DNA of 63,836 bases, filler included, from Rhabdomonas costata (lineage: Eukaryota): the NCBI GenBank assembly GCA_019059605.1. It is 24 parts of 24 records of this genome, joined end to end, with 100 filler letters (N's around TTAATTAATTAA, not from the genome) between each part and the next. Parts side by side here need not be neighbours in the genome. Positions count along the whole stretch, not along the records: positions 10,667 to 13,231 come from JAHMHO010002833.1; positions 13,332 to 15,897 come from JAHMHO010002834.1; positions 15,998 to 18,564 come from JAHMHO010002835.1; positions 18,665 to 21,229 come from JAHMHO010002836.1; positions 21,330 to 23,892 come from JAHMHO010002837.1; positions 23,993 to 26,555 come from JAHMHO010002838.1; 18 more parts are not named here. One strand, 5' to 3'. The position numbers and the translations under genes were made by a program. Positions within the stretch are counted from its first letter, which is position 1. Each line of letters opens with the position of its first letter. Shown here piece after piece: positions 12,823-25,862 of this stretch. The notes below the pieces were generated by a model that worked only from the letters and a program-made list of their open reading frames with translations, had not been told where the DNA came from and did no database searches.

Positions 12823-14445
12823 TGAGGCATATGGAAAAGAGAAAGATCAGCGGAGCAGACAGACCGGAAATGGTCTGCATGCGCCCTGACACATTTCTAC
12901 CCATACCAGGGTTCCTGACGGTTGCCAAAGAGGCTCATTCAGTTTCCTGGGTATGGGGTAGAAATGATGTTTCGTCCTTTTTTGCATCGCATTGTTTATT
13001 TCCACTGTTTGCTCGGCCCTTGCCTCGGGATAAGGTCAACCATGAGGCGGGGCCTCCCCGCCCACACAACCCGACTCCAAGCATACTTCGGGCACTCACC
13101 TCTTCTTGAGACGAGCTGAAAAAGAGGGGAGGAGGCGAGGGAGAGAGGGAGGATGACGACGCACTAGTCAAGAGCTGCGGCGGGTCCGGGACGCCCGCGT
13201 CGGCCCCAAACCCCCCAAACACACCCACCACNNNNNNNNNNNNNNNNNNNNNNNNNNNNNNNNNNNNNNNNNNNNTTAATTAATTAANNNNNNNNNNNNN
13301 NNNNNNNNNNNNNNNNNNNNNNNNNNNNNNNGTTGGGGTGTCCCTCTGTTGTTTTTTATCTTTCGTAAATTCCTGGAGGTTTGTCTCGAACATGGAACAT
13401 GTGGAGGAAGAAAGTGCGGGTGGGGGGAGCTCAAACACAGCAGCTGCAGCCCGTTTCAGATTTCCTCCGCCCCCTGTCCAACGCTCTTTTCATTCGCGCC
13501 GTGAGCTTCAAAAGTCTCTCTGTCTTTTCCTTCCATTGTCATGTCCTGCCCAACCCTGTCCTGCCCTGCCCTGCCCTCCCCGTGTGCCTTGTGCACCTTC
13601 TGCGCAGTTGGTTGCTCAGTGCTTTCCACAATGTACACCACTTTCGAGGAAGAGTGGTCCTCTTCGTGGCGTGGGTACGGTGCGTTGAGCTTCGCTACCA
13701 CCGCTGCTGAGCTTCACCACCCACAGCGACGTGCTTTCTCGGCTGTTGGACATTTTGTGGAACAAGAAGTGCATGACTGAGCCAGTATTTTAGTTTTTCA
13801 GTCAGCTTCTTAAGATGTTTGGGTTGAACGTGGAATTGCGCAACGCGACCTGTATCTTTGGAGACGAAAAACCTTAGGATAGCTACCTCCCGGAGTCGCT
13901 GGACCCTTGAGAAATGCCGCCGTCCTCGGGGTGCAATTGTTAGGTCCAGTGATTCGCCCCGCCATTTTAGTGTGCAATTGTAGAGAAAAGGCCTTTGTAA
14001 ACGACGTTCTGGTGCCGCAGCCGGAAGAACATTCTTCTGAACATGCAGTTATGTTGTATGACACCAGACATCGCTGCCGGATATTCAGCCTGCGCTGGCC
14101 ACAAGGGTAATGTTTGCGATGGTCACGCAGACAGCCTGCGAAAAAAAAACACAGGATGGCGTAGTTCTGAGTTCATGGTGTAACGACCTTATTAAAACAA
14201 GGGTTGTCCATATATAACAGTAAAGTACAAAATAGCGAACCCATCATTGGGGTGGTGTCTCCCTCCGGGTCGCTCCTTTCTGCGGCGGGACGTTTCGTTT
14301 CGTTTCGAGTTCTTTGCTCGGCGCTCTCCAGGTTTAAAATTTTGCAGTCCGCTTGATCTGCCGTTCACTGTTTCGCAAGTGGGGTTCCCCCGCTTGGGTT
14401 TGCTCCCTTCTTGTTTTATGGAGTGTGAGGTGGCTGTGGTAGCAG

Positions 14446-15289
14446 ATGAGGTGCTGCTCACTCCTGTGGTGTGGTCGGACGCCTACCGGATTGGCGTCCC
14501 CTTGATAGATCATCAGGTCCGTCGCGTCGAGTGAAGGGGGCTGCAGCCAATGGACAAACCGGATATGTGCAGACTTTCACTGGAATGCTACCGGGTGAAA
14601 GCGGTTGTTCATGGTGGGCACCTCCTTTCCTTTTGCCTTCTTGGTGTATTGAGTGTATGTGTGTGGTGACAGAGGGTCGTGTGAATATTAATTGAATTTT
14701 ATAATATGGTTATTGGGACAACAAAAACGCCGTAGTCAAACAGTCAAAAGTCAAACCTAGCATTTACTAATATTGCCCGTTTGACCTCAAAACTCGAGGT
14801 GGAAAAACGTTTCCAAAAACGGAGACATTTCGGACTTCCAGAGGTTTGGAGCGGGGAAATTTTTGATTTTCACCCATGTTATATGCATGAAATGCGCCTG
14901 TGAGTGTTTCCTGATGAGTTTTTGGGTGGGTGAGTTGGGTGCCGTTTTTATGCCAGAAAAACACCCCCTGCTTCTAAGAGAATTGCCCACATTTTGCTGA
15001 TGGTGGTTGCTTTAAGGCAACGGAAGGAAACTATTCATTTTGATGTGTATCTTTCCTCGGAGTTCTGAAAGTTTGATGTTTGTGTGGGAAACTCTCACTT
15101 TTGAGATGGAACGGGCCATATTACGCTTATACTAATGAATGCCTTCTGTTTGCACAGCACCTCAGGCTCTTTGAGCTAGTTGAGAGGTTGCGGGTGGCCC
15201 TGTCCAGCCAGAGAGCAACTGCGGTAGCGTTGAAGACCCTCCGGAGCCTTGTGTCATACTGCGCTGAGCACTTCGAGTCCGAAGAGCTG
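14446..15289 (+). CDS. Hemerythrin domain-containing protein (partial, 2 exons)
   Basis: Exon 14446-14516 (WSDAYRIGVPLIDHQ) plus exon 15158-15289 (HLRLFELVERL...LVSYCAEHFESEEL) gives the hemerythrin W...Y.IG...ID.QH..L and Y...HF..EE motifs. Confidence 0.9.
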
Positions 15290-16340
15290 GCATGCCTCTC
15301 CTCTTTTTTTATCATGCACACTCTGTCCTCTTCATAGTCTTGGCTTGTGTGAGCGTGTTAGTAATATGGGGAATGCAGAAGCCCGACAGTGCACGACACT
15401 TGCAGACTGAGCGGGAAAATTTTCCCAGGAGAAGCCACGGACCACCATTTGGGTTTCAGAGGATGTCAGAGGATACCAAGGTCATTCTCAATGTCTTAGT
15501 GGGGGATACTGCCTTACCTCTAGGGTTGCCTGGGGGGGCTAATATGGCGTTACTCATGGTTTCTTGTGAGGGCATTGGGGCGTTGTTTAGTTTTTTCTTG
15601 CCACTGACCTATGGCTCCAAACCGATACCTGTCCGTCTCGTGTGAAAAATCCGACAGGCCACCCTCGCCCACTAATCTTCCAAGACGCGGGCCCTTGCTT
15701 AAATATTCTACTTTGATTTTCACGCATTTAGTGCCCCCCACACACACACACACTTTCTCTAACACACAAATTGTCATAACTTGCAGGGATTTTTTTTACA
15801 AGAATGAAAAAGAAAAGTTGTGAAAATCTGCATACAAAATGCAGTTTCGGCGTTTTAATAAAAACGTAAATAAAAAATAATTCAAGAAAAAACAAACNNN
15901 NNNNNNNNNNNNNNNNNNNNNNNNNNNNNNNNNNNNNNNNNTTAATTAATTAANNNNNNNNNNNNNNNNNNNNNNNNNNNNNNNNNNNNNNNNNNNNTTG
16001 TGGTGTTTCGAATCCTTTGGCGAGACAAGGTACACAGTGATGTATTCTGGCGTAGCGACATCAAAGTCCTCCGAGATTTTGGCGCTGGTTTACCTCCACT
16101 TCTTTCACCCGCGCATTATGGGTGACGTGGGGCGTCACGAAACCCTGCTTCTTGCTGTGTGCATTTTGTAGTTTTTTTCCTGCCTTTGTCTGTTGTGTGC
16201 TTGCGCAGTTTTATTTGTGCGTCTGCTTCTGCTTTTGTTTGCTGTTGCTTGTGTGCGTTTTTGTTTGCTGTTGCTCGCGTCCGAAGCCCTCCACTCCACT
16301 TCCCACCCACCCCCATTCCTCACCTTGAGCTGCTGAGGTG

Positions 16341-18315
16341 ATGGCCGCGGTGGTGTTCCGGGTCCCTCCGGTTGCCCTGGCCGTGTTGGCCTGCCTGCGG
16401 CCCTCGGAGCTGGCGCGGCTCTCTCTAGTCTGCCGCCAGCTCCGGGCGATCTGTGGGGAGAACGCGGTGTGGGCCCCGGTGTGCGCCCGGCTGCTGGGCT
16501 TGGAGGAGCTGTGGGAGTCCCCCAAGGGTCCCAAGGCTGTCGCCGCTGGTTTGCGCAGATGGCTCCAGCTTCCACCCCACCCAGATGGCTCTTGCACATA
16601 CACACATACACATCTCACTACGTCATGTCTTCCGGCCACCGTGACACAGACGTGATGGGCCTTTGATGTCTGGTGCCTGTGATGTGTGTGGTGTGTGTGT
16701 GTGTCTCTTGGTGCATTCTGACGACCAGCTGACAACCAGCTGAGCTTCAGCCGTTTTGCACTATTACAAGGTCATTGCGGCTCATTGTGGAAGGGAAGCA
16801 GCAATAGCGTTCATCTGGCCATCTGTGGTCTCATAGTCAGGGTGTTGAAAGAGCAGCGGCCAATGCCACACCACCAAAAGTGTGCTGAGCAGAGAATGGA
16901 GACCTACGTTCTTGGCGCTTGCTGTTTAACACCCGGGGAGTACTAACAAAGGTCGCTTCATTCCCCGAGAAAACCATCCCGCAAAAGACCCGTTTGAGCT
17001 CCTTATTCATTGTGCGTGTTAATGAGTGGTATTGGTTTTGTTTGGTGTGGTTTGCTCTTGTGACAGTTTGCATGGAGCTGCAGAAGCCCCACCCCACGTG
17101 CACGACTTTCAAGCAGCTGTGTGCAGCGATTGTCCCTTGGAGAAAGCAGGACGGCGTTGCCGCCCAATGGGTTTCTAGCTCGGAGCTGGTTGTCTCAGGG
17201 CTCGGGTGTGTCCCACCCCTGCGCAACTTCTCACTTTCTGTGCAAAGTTTTGCAAAATCGTCAGAGGACGTTTACGTTTTGGTGCAAACAACTCGACCCG
17301 TTTGCTATTTCCGGCACACCGCTACCAAGTTATGGCTGACGTGAAACTTTTCTCGATTATTGTTATCTTGTGTGCCTTATGCGGTATTTTGCGCCTTTCA
17401 TGACCGTGTTAAGGTGGGAAAGTGGTTCCTGTTTTCCTATTCGCTTTTGGTTCTTGGCATCGGGAACCGCAAATGGTCCGCTTTTTTCTGTTCCTTTCCA
17501 GGAGTTTGCTGTTCCCGCTCACCCTGACGTCCGGGCTATGGGCCTTTGAGATGCGTGTGATTTCCCGGGCATGGGGAATGTCTATTGGGGTGATCGACTC
17601 TAGCCTGCTATCCAGCTTTCCCTTGGACACAGATGTAGAGTATCAGCGCGGGTTTTACGGCTTTTACCATGGCGGAGCTTCCCTAAACGTGGCTTGGAGT
17701 GGGACGCGATCCCCTGCACACCTCAACATCCCGGGTTGCACTTGGGCCCCGAACGACGTTGTCGGGGTTCTCGTAGATCTGGTGCAGCACAGCCTTTTCC
17801 TGACTCACAACGGAAAGGTTCTGCATATCGTGCACGCTGGGCTGCCGGAGTCTGTGTGCCCCTTGGTGTGGATGGACCGCCCGCAGGACCAAGTGCACCT
17901 CCACTACCCGCGCTGCGTAGCCGCGGGGTGTGCCTCGGTCTGCACCAAGAAGGCCACGGAGCTCTCCCGGATCCTTGTGCAGCACCGGCCTCACCCCACA
18001 GCCCTGGTCTCGCACACTGGGGTGAAGTTTTCGGTGATTGGAGTGCATGAGGCTGAGGCCAGCTCGGATACCGACGAGGATGATGAGGAAGACATGGACG
18101 AGACTTTCGGGGGTGAGGACTTCTGGGGGGATGCCGACGAAGGGGCGGACGAGCTGGGGACGTTCTGGAACCCTCCGGACCCCTTTTTAACCGGGCTGGA
18201 TGGCCTGGAAGAGCTTGCGGGGGGCCACGAGGAGGATGAGCTGGCTCTGTTGGAGACCACGGGGGCCTTTCCGTTTGGAGACATTTTGTCCCAGCCCCCT
18301 GTGGGCGAGCACTGA
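16341..18315 (+). CDS. F-box plus SPRY domain protein with acidic tail
   Basis: Exon 1 is F-box-like (VLACLRPSELARLSLVCRQLRAIC...VW). The last exon has SPRY motifs (GLWAFEMRV, MSIGV, NDVVGVLVDL..LFLTHNGK, VCPLV) and a D/E-rich C-terminus, with stop at 18315. Confidence 0.8.
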
Positions 18316-19212
18316 AACATATCAGTGAGGAAAGTCGTCCTTCAACCCAGGTTTTGCCTGACAAAGCCGACTCCAGCAGTATGAGTATTCTGTTGCGAGT
18401 CTTGTTTGTTCCGACCTCGATGTACAGTTGAATACCTTCTGTCCGGTTCACTGTCTCCGTTTTGCTGTGTGTGGCATGAAGGTGAAAAGAGGTTGTGGCA
18501 AGTCCACGTACCTTAATCGAAGCGTGCCAGTTGAAATCACAAGAAAATGACACCCACAACCCACNNNNNNNNNNNNNNNNNNNNNNNNNNNNNNNNNNNN
18601 NNNNNNNNTTAATTAATTAANNNNNNNNNNNNNNNNNNNNNNNNNNNNNNNNNNNNNNNNNNNNATTTGGGTGTGATCAGTTATGCAGCCCAGGGAGGAA
18701 CCTACATGCTCGCAAAAAATTCGGAGCGGAACTGTACGAAACTCGGCATGAAGCACGCAGAGAGAGAAAGGAAGAGGAAAGAAATAAACTAACGGAGCAG
18801 CGGCGAGAGGTGAGAAAGCGGGAGGCTTGCAGAGTTCCGCGTCCAGCAAAAGCTTGTGAGCAGGTTGTGTCAGGGTGATCGAGTGTGAGTGTGCATATGC
18901 GTGTGTGAGAGAGAGAAGTGTGGGTGTTGAGTTCAAACCGTGCCAGCTAACTGCAGACGATGTCTCAATCCCCGGGTGGTCCTTTGGCTGTGTGCGTGCC
19001 ACTATAAACCTAACCTATTGTGTAGAGGCACGGCTGGTGCTCTGCAGCCCCCAAGATGGCAAAGGTTTCTCTCCTACCGAGAGAACGCAGCTTGCCAGAT
19101 GCAAAGCCAGAGGGAAACCAAACCCAACACGTGAAACCGAGATGGAGAAACCGCTGAGTATGCATTCAAAGAAGCGCACATACACACACGGAGGCCTCTC
19201 CTCGCTCCATAC

Positions 19213-20784
19213 CAATGGAGTTTTCGAAGGCCAGGGTGAAGGCGTAGGGCCGCAGAAGGCACAGCGTGGCCACGGGGTCGTACCACGTGGATGGCGGGCA
19301 CTCCGTGCGTGGCGGAGTCCGCACAACACCTCCGAAGGACTGCACCCGCGCCCGCAGCACCGGGGCAAGCCGCCCGTACGCGTGGACCGGGAAGAATCGT
19401 GACAGGTTTGCTGCGATCTCCAAACTAACACCACCATATCAAAAAGGAGTAAGGCACAGTAACTGCAGTTGTTGGATTATTACAAGATGCAGCGCACACT
19501 GAAGATTAGGAAAACTATTCTTCAATAAGGCTTGCTCCTGCTTTGTCTCTTGATTGGTGTTGCTGAGTGGAAAGGAATGCACCAAGTCAGCGCTTCAGTG
19601 GAACAGATGCAACACCAACGACCACCAATGTGAACGACTTTAAGGCACAACAGTCCGGAGACGCAAGAACAAGATAGTGGTAATTTGGAAGAGCTCTTGG
19701 AAGGGACCCTCCCTTGTCCCTAGTCGACCTGCATTTCGGATTCACAACACAATGAAGAGCAAAGAATCGTGTCAAGTCTTGTCATCCAAAGCTCCTCATA
19801 GGTCAGTCGCAGAGACCGTAATGCGGGTTACTAGGAAAGAAAAAGAGCTATGAAAATGAGACGGGCCAAAGTGTGGCTCACATGACGGACCGGTTGTAGC
19901 TGTGCCCAGCATGGGAGGCGATCAGCACGGCAAGGGCGTCCGTGCGCTTGGCGCGCAGGGTGGGGGGGGCGTTCTTCTGGACCCAGTCCGCGACTCGAGG
20001 GATGGCCAGAAGGTGGGTCCAGGTCTGGCACGCCAACCCAAGAGAAACTGGTCCCGGAAAAAGTAAAAGAATGATGGCGGACACCACCCCCTGGCGGTCG
20101 GGCCAACACCGAGAGCTCTTGATCCTACAGTCCGTTCGTGCTGCAGAGGAATGAGTAAGAGGCGTCAAGGGATACATCCTTCGATAAGATAACGTCAGGC
20201 AGACACTGCCGATTGCCCCCACGCTTGAGGTGGATGTTCTCTTAGTAGTGGCGAGAAAATTAGCATATGCTGAGCTCTGATGTGAAGACAAACCAAATCA
20301 AGTTTACAGAAGGTGACCGATTCAGCCCGCCTATAGAGATTTCAGAAATGTCGAGATTGGAAGGAGGGGAATGCGAATCAACCTGGAAGGGGACGATACT
20401 CTGCTGCTGATGGGAGCTGACGATGTGGAAGACCTCCCAGACCTTGGGATCATGGTAAAGTTTGGCGATGAGCCTAGGCGCAGCACACCCAAACACGGCT
20501 GATTACAGAAAAATGGTTCGATGGCAGAAAGCAGCCTAAAGAACGGCGGTCGCATTTATGTGTGTGTGTACGATCGCTGAACAGAGGTAAGCGTTACCAC
20601 GCCCCTCACAACAAGACAAAAGACAAGAAGACTGAAACGGAAGCAGGCATAGGGCAAACCTGTACGGCTCCTTGGCGACGTGCGAAGACTCGAAGTTGTT
20701 ATAGTTCACCACCATCAAGGTGAGATTACGGGGGTTGCTCAGCAGGTCATAAAACCCCGGGTGCAGCCCGTCGTTGCCATAGAC
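19213..20784 (-). CDS. GT10 (alpha-1,3/4-fucosyltransferase-like) glycosyltransferase, partial
   Basis: Exons 20784-20660, 20473-20383, 20024-19891 and 19424-19213 splice in phase to ...LAVLIASHAGHSYNRLEIAANLSRFFPVHAYG...LRPYAFTLAFENS, which includes the GT10 Y.F.LAFENS motif. The DYxTEK exon was not found in the contig. Confidence 0.8.
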
Positions 20785-21738
20785 CTGTGGCAGAACAGCC
20801 TCCCAGCTCCCATGCACACATGGGCGAGTGTAAACGATTTTCTGGGCATAAAAACGCGCTCGTGGCCTATGGCTCGTGGTCTGACACATTATAAATTCTG
20901 TTGTCACGGAGCATTGTGAGAGTCGTTTTAAAGACCAACGAAAACCTAGTGATGTGCGATGGCCTGTGAACCTGAAAATCGCAGATCCACTCAAAGCCGC
21001 GTCTATCAGGGGAGGGGAAAATGTAGGGAACATCACAATGCATGAAGGGAGTGCACCGAATTCCACGGCGACTGTAATCAATGAAAACAATGTCACAAAT
21101 AGTGTGTAAGCATCGTCCATTTCGACCCAACCCCAAAACTCTACTTTTAATTTTCAAATTACAAATGACCATACAGCGTCTCTCATTCTCAATTTTCACG
21201 CTGTTCAGCACTTCAGTGCAACAACCAACNNNNNNNNNNNNNNNNNNNNNNNNNNNNNNNNNNNNNNNNNNNNTTAATTAATTAANNNNNNNNNNNNNNN
21301 NNNNNNNNNNNNNNNNNNNNNNNNNNNNNGTTTTTGTGTAGCTCCCAGCAGTGCCCAGGAAAACGAGGGAATGCTTGACCTTAAAACCGAAAGTTCGGTC
21401 AGTGCTCACAAAGGTGAGCCTATTTTTGACCCTCCTCATCCTGAAGAACCACTCGTCCCCGCACTCCTTCATTGACTTTTATATACGCTTTTATATTCGC
21501 TTTGGCTGTCTATTCACACTCGCTATTCCAATCATTTGGACCTTGTTTCGAGGTTTTTGTGAATAACCTGATTCCTGATGAGGACGGCACAGCCCGCCAA
21601 AGCCAAGTCCTTGCGGCTCTGCTGGTTCGGGCAACCAACATCAGTGTTGTCGGTGACAAGAGGAAGTTGGAAAACACTCCTGGGAACGGCCGGTCAGGAT
21701 CATACGTATCACCGCTCTGTCTCTCCCGCTCTTCTCAG

Positions 21739-23880
21739 GTCGCCAACATGCACGTCGCCTTATTGAGTCAGTTCCGTGGATCGTCATCTGTGGCGTGGCC
21801 AGAGATGATCCACCTGGTGGTGAACTGCCCCACGAACGAGCTCCAGTCGAATTGGACGCTGAGCGTGTTAGGTTGGTCCCCTCCTCCCTCTCTCTCCCAC
21901 CGCCCAGAATAGACTCTCAGTGGGTATTCTCCCATTGACTGTTTGGGAGGCTAATAGCACGTGTTTAGCTGTTTGCGACAAGTTCTCACTCATGCTCTGT
22001 GGGTTCTTGTAATTCACGACGTTGTTTCGAGAACTGCTCTAGATTCACGGTAGAGCACCCATGAATGATGCTGAGTTGCTGTTTGATGGAAGGGTGACGG
22101 TGCTTTTCCAGCCCTTCTGATGATGATGCTGACCCGCGCCCGCACGGCCTTCACCGTCAGCCGGGTAATCCAGGGGGGGAGCAGCAGTGGTGGAAAGGCC
22201 GGGGCTGTGCTCCGCAAAGTGGACGAGGTGAATCCCGGGGGTCTGCGCCCCAGCCGTGGCCAGATTATCATAGACAAATGCTCCCCCTCCGACAACACCT
22301 CGCAGTCCTCCGACAACAAAAGCTGTGGTGCGCATGCGCGTGTTGGAGGGGGGGGGGGCAATAGAAGGGTTCTCCCTTCAAGGCTTCAAAGAGCTTCGAG
22401 GAGTTTAAGCCAGGGACGGTTGGTGCCACGTTTTCCATGGATCCTTGCAATACCAACTTTGTCAGATACTACCAAATTTTGAAGTTCGTGATAGTTGGAA
22501 TCGTTCTCAAAGGCAGTCTTAGATCCTCGACCCCGACCAAATTAAAAACGCTTGCAAAGTGTTGCAGAAAAATGGGCGAAAATTTATTTTCTTTGTGTTA
22601 GGATGAGGACGAGGTCAACTGAGCGTCCTTTCGGTTTCCCTTTTTTCTTTGGGTATGTACTAATAGATTTGGTCCTAAAAGCCGCTGTCAAAAAAGAAAT
22701 GCGGCGCTTCAGGTACTGAAGTTAGCCAATCAAGTTCAATGTTTTTTCCGCTTTTTTTTTGGAGGGGGGGAGAATTCTGCCCCAAAAAAAACTGCAGTCC
22801 GGACAACTGCCTTTCACCCTCTCCCACACTCCCAGACGCACGCTGTCTCTGCAAGCGTTCTGGTCCTCTTTCTGTTTGCTTGGCTCTTTTCCTGCCTTGC
22901 GAACATGCCCACACTGGTTTGGTGGTGAAGACAGCGGCACTTCGCCACTTTGTAACGTTGGACTATGTTAGGCATCTGTGTTAAGCTGCAACTTCGCAGC
23001 TTCAGCTTTTCACTGTGACACTCCTCTTCCTCCCACTTTGTTAAACCCCCTTCCCATACATCACAGCATCTCTTGTCCCATTTTCGGCACTCCTGCTTCT
23101 CCCCTGCAGCGAAGACGGACTCTGCGGAGGTCACCTCGGCGGACGAGCCGGGGTCCTGCTGCTGGGTGGTCCTCTCCGCGGCCACGGAATTCCCCACTCT
23201 GGACCTCAACCCCGAATCGGTGGCCTCCCTGAGGATATCCGAGGAGGGCGTTCCTCAGGACGGGGTGGTGCTGCGGTACCCTGCAGCATCCTCGAAGGCA
23301 ACGAAGGGTGAGCAGGGGAAAACAGAGAACCGCACCGCCAGGTTTGCATACCTCTATCCGACGTTCTTCGAGGACCACATCAACTGGTTTTTTCTCTGCG
23401 TGAAGGACCCTCAAAAGCCATCTTCACCAAAAAAAAAATACTGCAATTAATTGCAGGCCGTGTGAATAAATCGTTTGATTTCTCCCTTCCCGATCCATAA
23501 CGCTTACCGATATTTAACCACATCCTTTCACATCCTTTCGATCCGTAATTTTCTCTGTGCCAGCACTTCTCAGGCTTAACACAACGCCAGCGACCTCATC
23601 CGTAACGGTGTAAACCCCAAGTGCATGACAGCGGAATCTCTCCTTCTCTTCCGTTGGGTTGTCACACAGTCTCTTCGTGGAGGAGCTGGCCCAGCTCCTA
23701 GTAAAAGCTTTCCCCACCGCACCCGCCGCGGCCCCCACCCCGACCTCTGCCGGGGAAGAAACGCCGGGCAGCATCTTTGAGGAAATTCCCTCCCCAAAAC
23801 CCGCCGCTGAAGCAGAGCAAAAGCTGAACTCAGAGAAGGTCGAGGAGCCGCCTCCTCAGAGCACCCTAGAGAAGGGCAAG
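21739..23880 (+). CDS. Multi-exon hypothetical protein (partial)
   Basis: Phase-consistent GT-AG exons at about 21739-21871, 22111-22327, 23109-23341 and 23670 to the contig end. No recognisable family. Confidence 0.5.
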
Positions 23881-24202
23881 CCCCACCCCAACNNNNNNNN
23901 NNNNNNNNNNNNNNNNNNNNNNNNNNNNNNNNNNNNTTAATTAATTAANNNNNNNNNNNNNNNNNNNNNNNNNNNNNNNNNNNNNNNNNNNNTGTTTTTT
24001 TTGCCCTTCATCACTTGGCGGCTTTTCTGCCCTTCTAAGCTCCCCGATTCCTCCGCCTACTTTCGATCTGAAAGATATGGACGTTTCTTCTTCGGCTTCG
24101 CCCTCCTCACTTTGGATAGCCTAAAAGTGGACGCTTTTCTTTTCCTTCCTCTGGACTGTTGCGGTGCATGTGCATCTCAATCGGCGTTTGCTTCCGGCTT
24201 AG

Positions 24203-25862
24203 GTTGGACCGGACAGTGCCGGGGCCAACCCGGGGCCTGCGTGCTACCGTCGCGGGGGACCTTTGACAGTGACGGATGCGAACGTTCTGGTGGGTCGACT
24301 GCAGCCTGACTTCTTCCCTTCGGTCTTCGGGCCAAACGCTGACCTTCCCATCGACGCTGCTGTTGTGCGACAAAGGCTTGGCTCTCTGTCTCTCTTTTCA
24401 GGCAAGCAAAGTTTTCACTCATTTAGACGCAGGCAAACCCACACCCACAAACTCTTTTTTATCTTTAATATCAGAATGGGCAGTGACTCAGGTTGCCAAC
24501 TCACATCGTGGTGCTCGCAGGTAAAAGTGACTTTAAGCGGTTGAAATGGGTCAAACCTGTTTCTCTTTTTGAATCTTCTTAACTGAGAAATTAATGTGTT
24601 TCCTTACCACTTTTTTCATCCCCCACTTCCTGTTGTTGGGATTTAATTCCCTACCTCCGGTTTGCCTTTCGCTCTTTTGATTCATTCTTTATTTGCTTAC
24701 GTTTTGGCTGTGGGGCTCTGGCACCTGGGCTAGATAGGGCCACCTGAAGTCCCCCCCCTCCCATTGGGGCCTATATACGCCTCATTGGCCAGGCCTGCAG
24801 GCCGGTAAGGAAGCCCCTAGACGTCCTATTGCGGGTCAGTGGAGGAGGAGGAGCTTAAATGCCTGTTTCTATGCCATCGCGCAGGTTCGAATCCCTCGCC
24901 GCGGAGGTTGCCAGGGCGACGCAGGGGCGGCTGGCCCAGGAGCCTTCCCCTCCCTCGGCTGAGGCAGTGGCAGAAGGGTTCCGGCTGATCGCTGTGGAGA
25001 ACATGGTGAATGCTATCAAGAAGATCTCTGTGCAGTGTGGGCACGATGTCACAAGATACACCCTGCAGTGCTTCGGTGGGGCAGGGGGCCAGCACTGCTG
25101 TGAGATTGCGGACGCCTTGGGGATGACTCAGGTTTACTTAGCGTACACCTCTCCTCATCCCTTCCTCCCCTGCATCGCAAAGCTCTGATCATTGCTAGTA
25201 TAACAGGTTGTCCGAAGTGACACCAAGGCACTGAGGCAAAGCTATCCAATCGCTTGAAAATTCGAAAGCAAACATTTTTAAATCTCGTGACCAGGGGGGA
25301 TGGACACACAAAGCACCCAAATGAGAATGGTGTGGAGCATGGCAGGGTGCACCGACTAACGAACGGATTCTTCCAAAGAAACCACTGACAACAACAGGCG
25401 AAGAGCCTTTGCGATCGAAGGTAATGCCGAACAGTCTTGCGGGTATCAATCCAAGCTTTGGGAGAAGTTCCGTGGTGAACTCCGAATCCAAAATGCACTT
25501 ACCCTGTGCCTGCCCTCTTCTCAGGTTTATATCCACCGCTTCTCCGGAGTGCTCTCCGCTTTTGGGATGGGCCTGGCCCCTGTGGTGGTGCTGAAGCACT
25601 GCACCGTGGAGGCCCGGCTTCTGGAGTGTATGGACGCCCGGCCGGAGTGCGTTCTGCGCTCCCTGCTAGCCCGCCTGCGGAGTCAGGCCACAGAGGATCT
25701 GCGGCGCTCCCCAAGTCTTGGGGACAGCCTGGAGGCCGCTCAGCTCAGCGAGAGAACCCGGACCCACCTCAAGTACGAAGGCACGGACAGCGCGCTGGCG
25801 GTGAGCTTCGCGGAGAGCCCTGAGGCGATGGCCGAGGAATTCGCCCGGTTGCACCAGCAGAG
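24203..25862 (+). CDS. OPLAH: 5-oxoprolinase (hydantoinase A region), partial, 3 exons
   Basis: [27 protein letters not shown] (24203-24375); [42 protein letters not shown] (24885-25131); [18 protein letters not shown]...[11 protein letters not shown] (25525-25862). Confidence 0.95.

Noticed and set aside
13205-13231. G/T-rich left ends and C/A-rich right ends of most contigs (same 27-mer at 13205 and 50507) as telomeres of nanochromosomes
   Set aside because: The polarity is opposite to telomeres (3' ends are C/A-rich here), there is no fixed unit, and genes are cut mid-exon. It is best explained by untrimmed 3' tails from a tailing-type library or by assembly breaks at low-complexity DNA.
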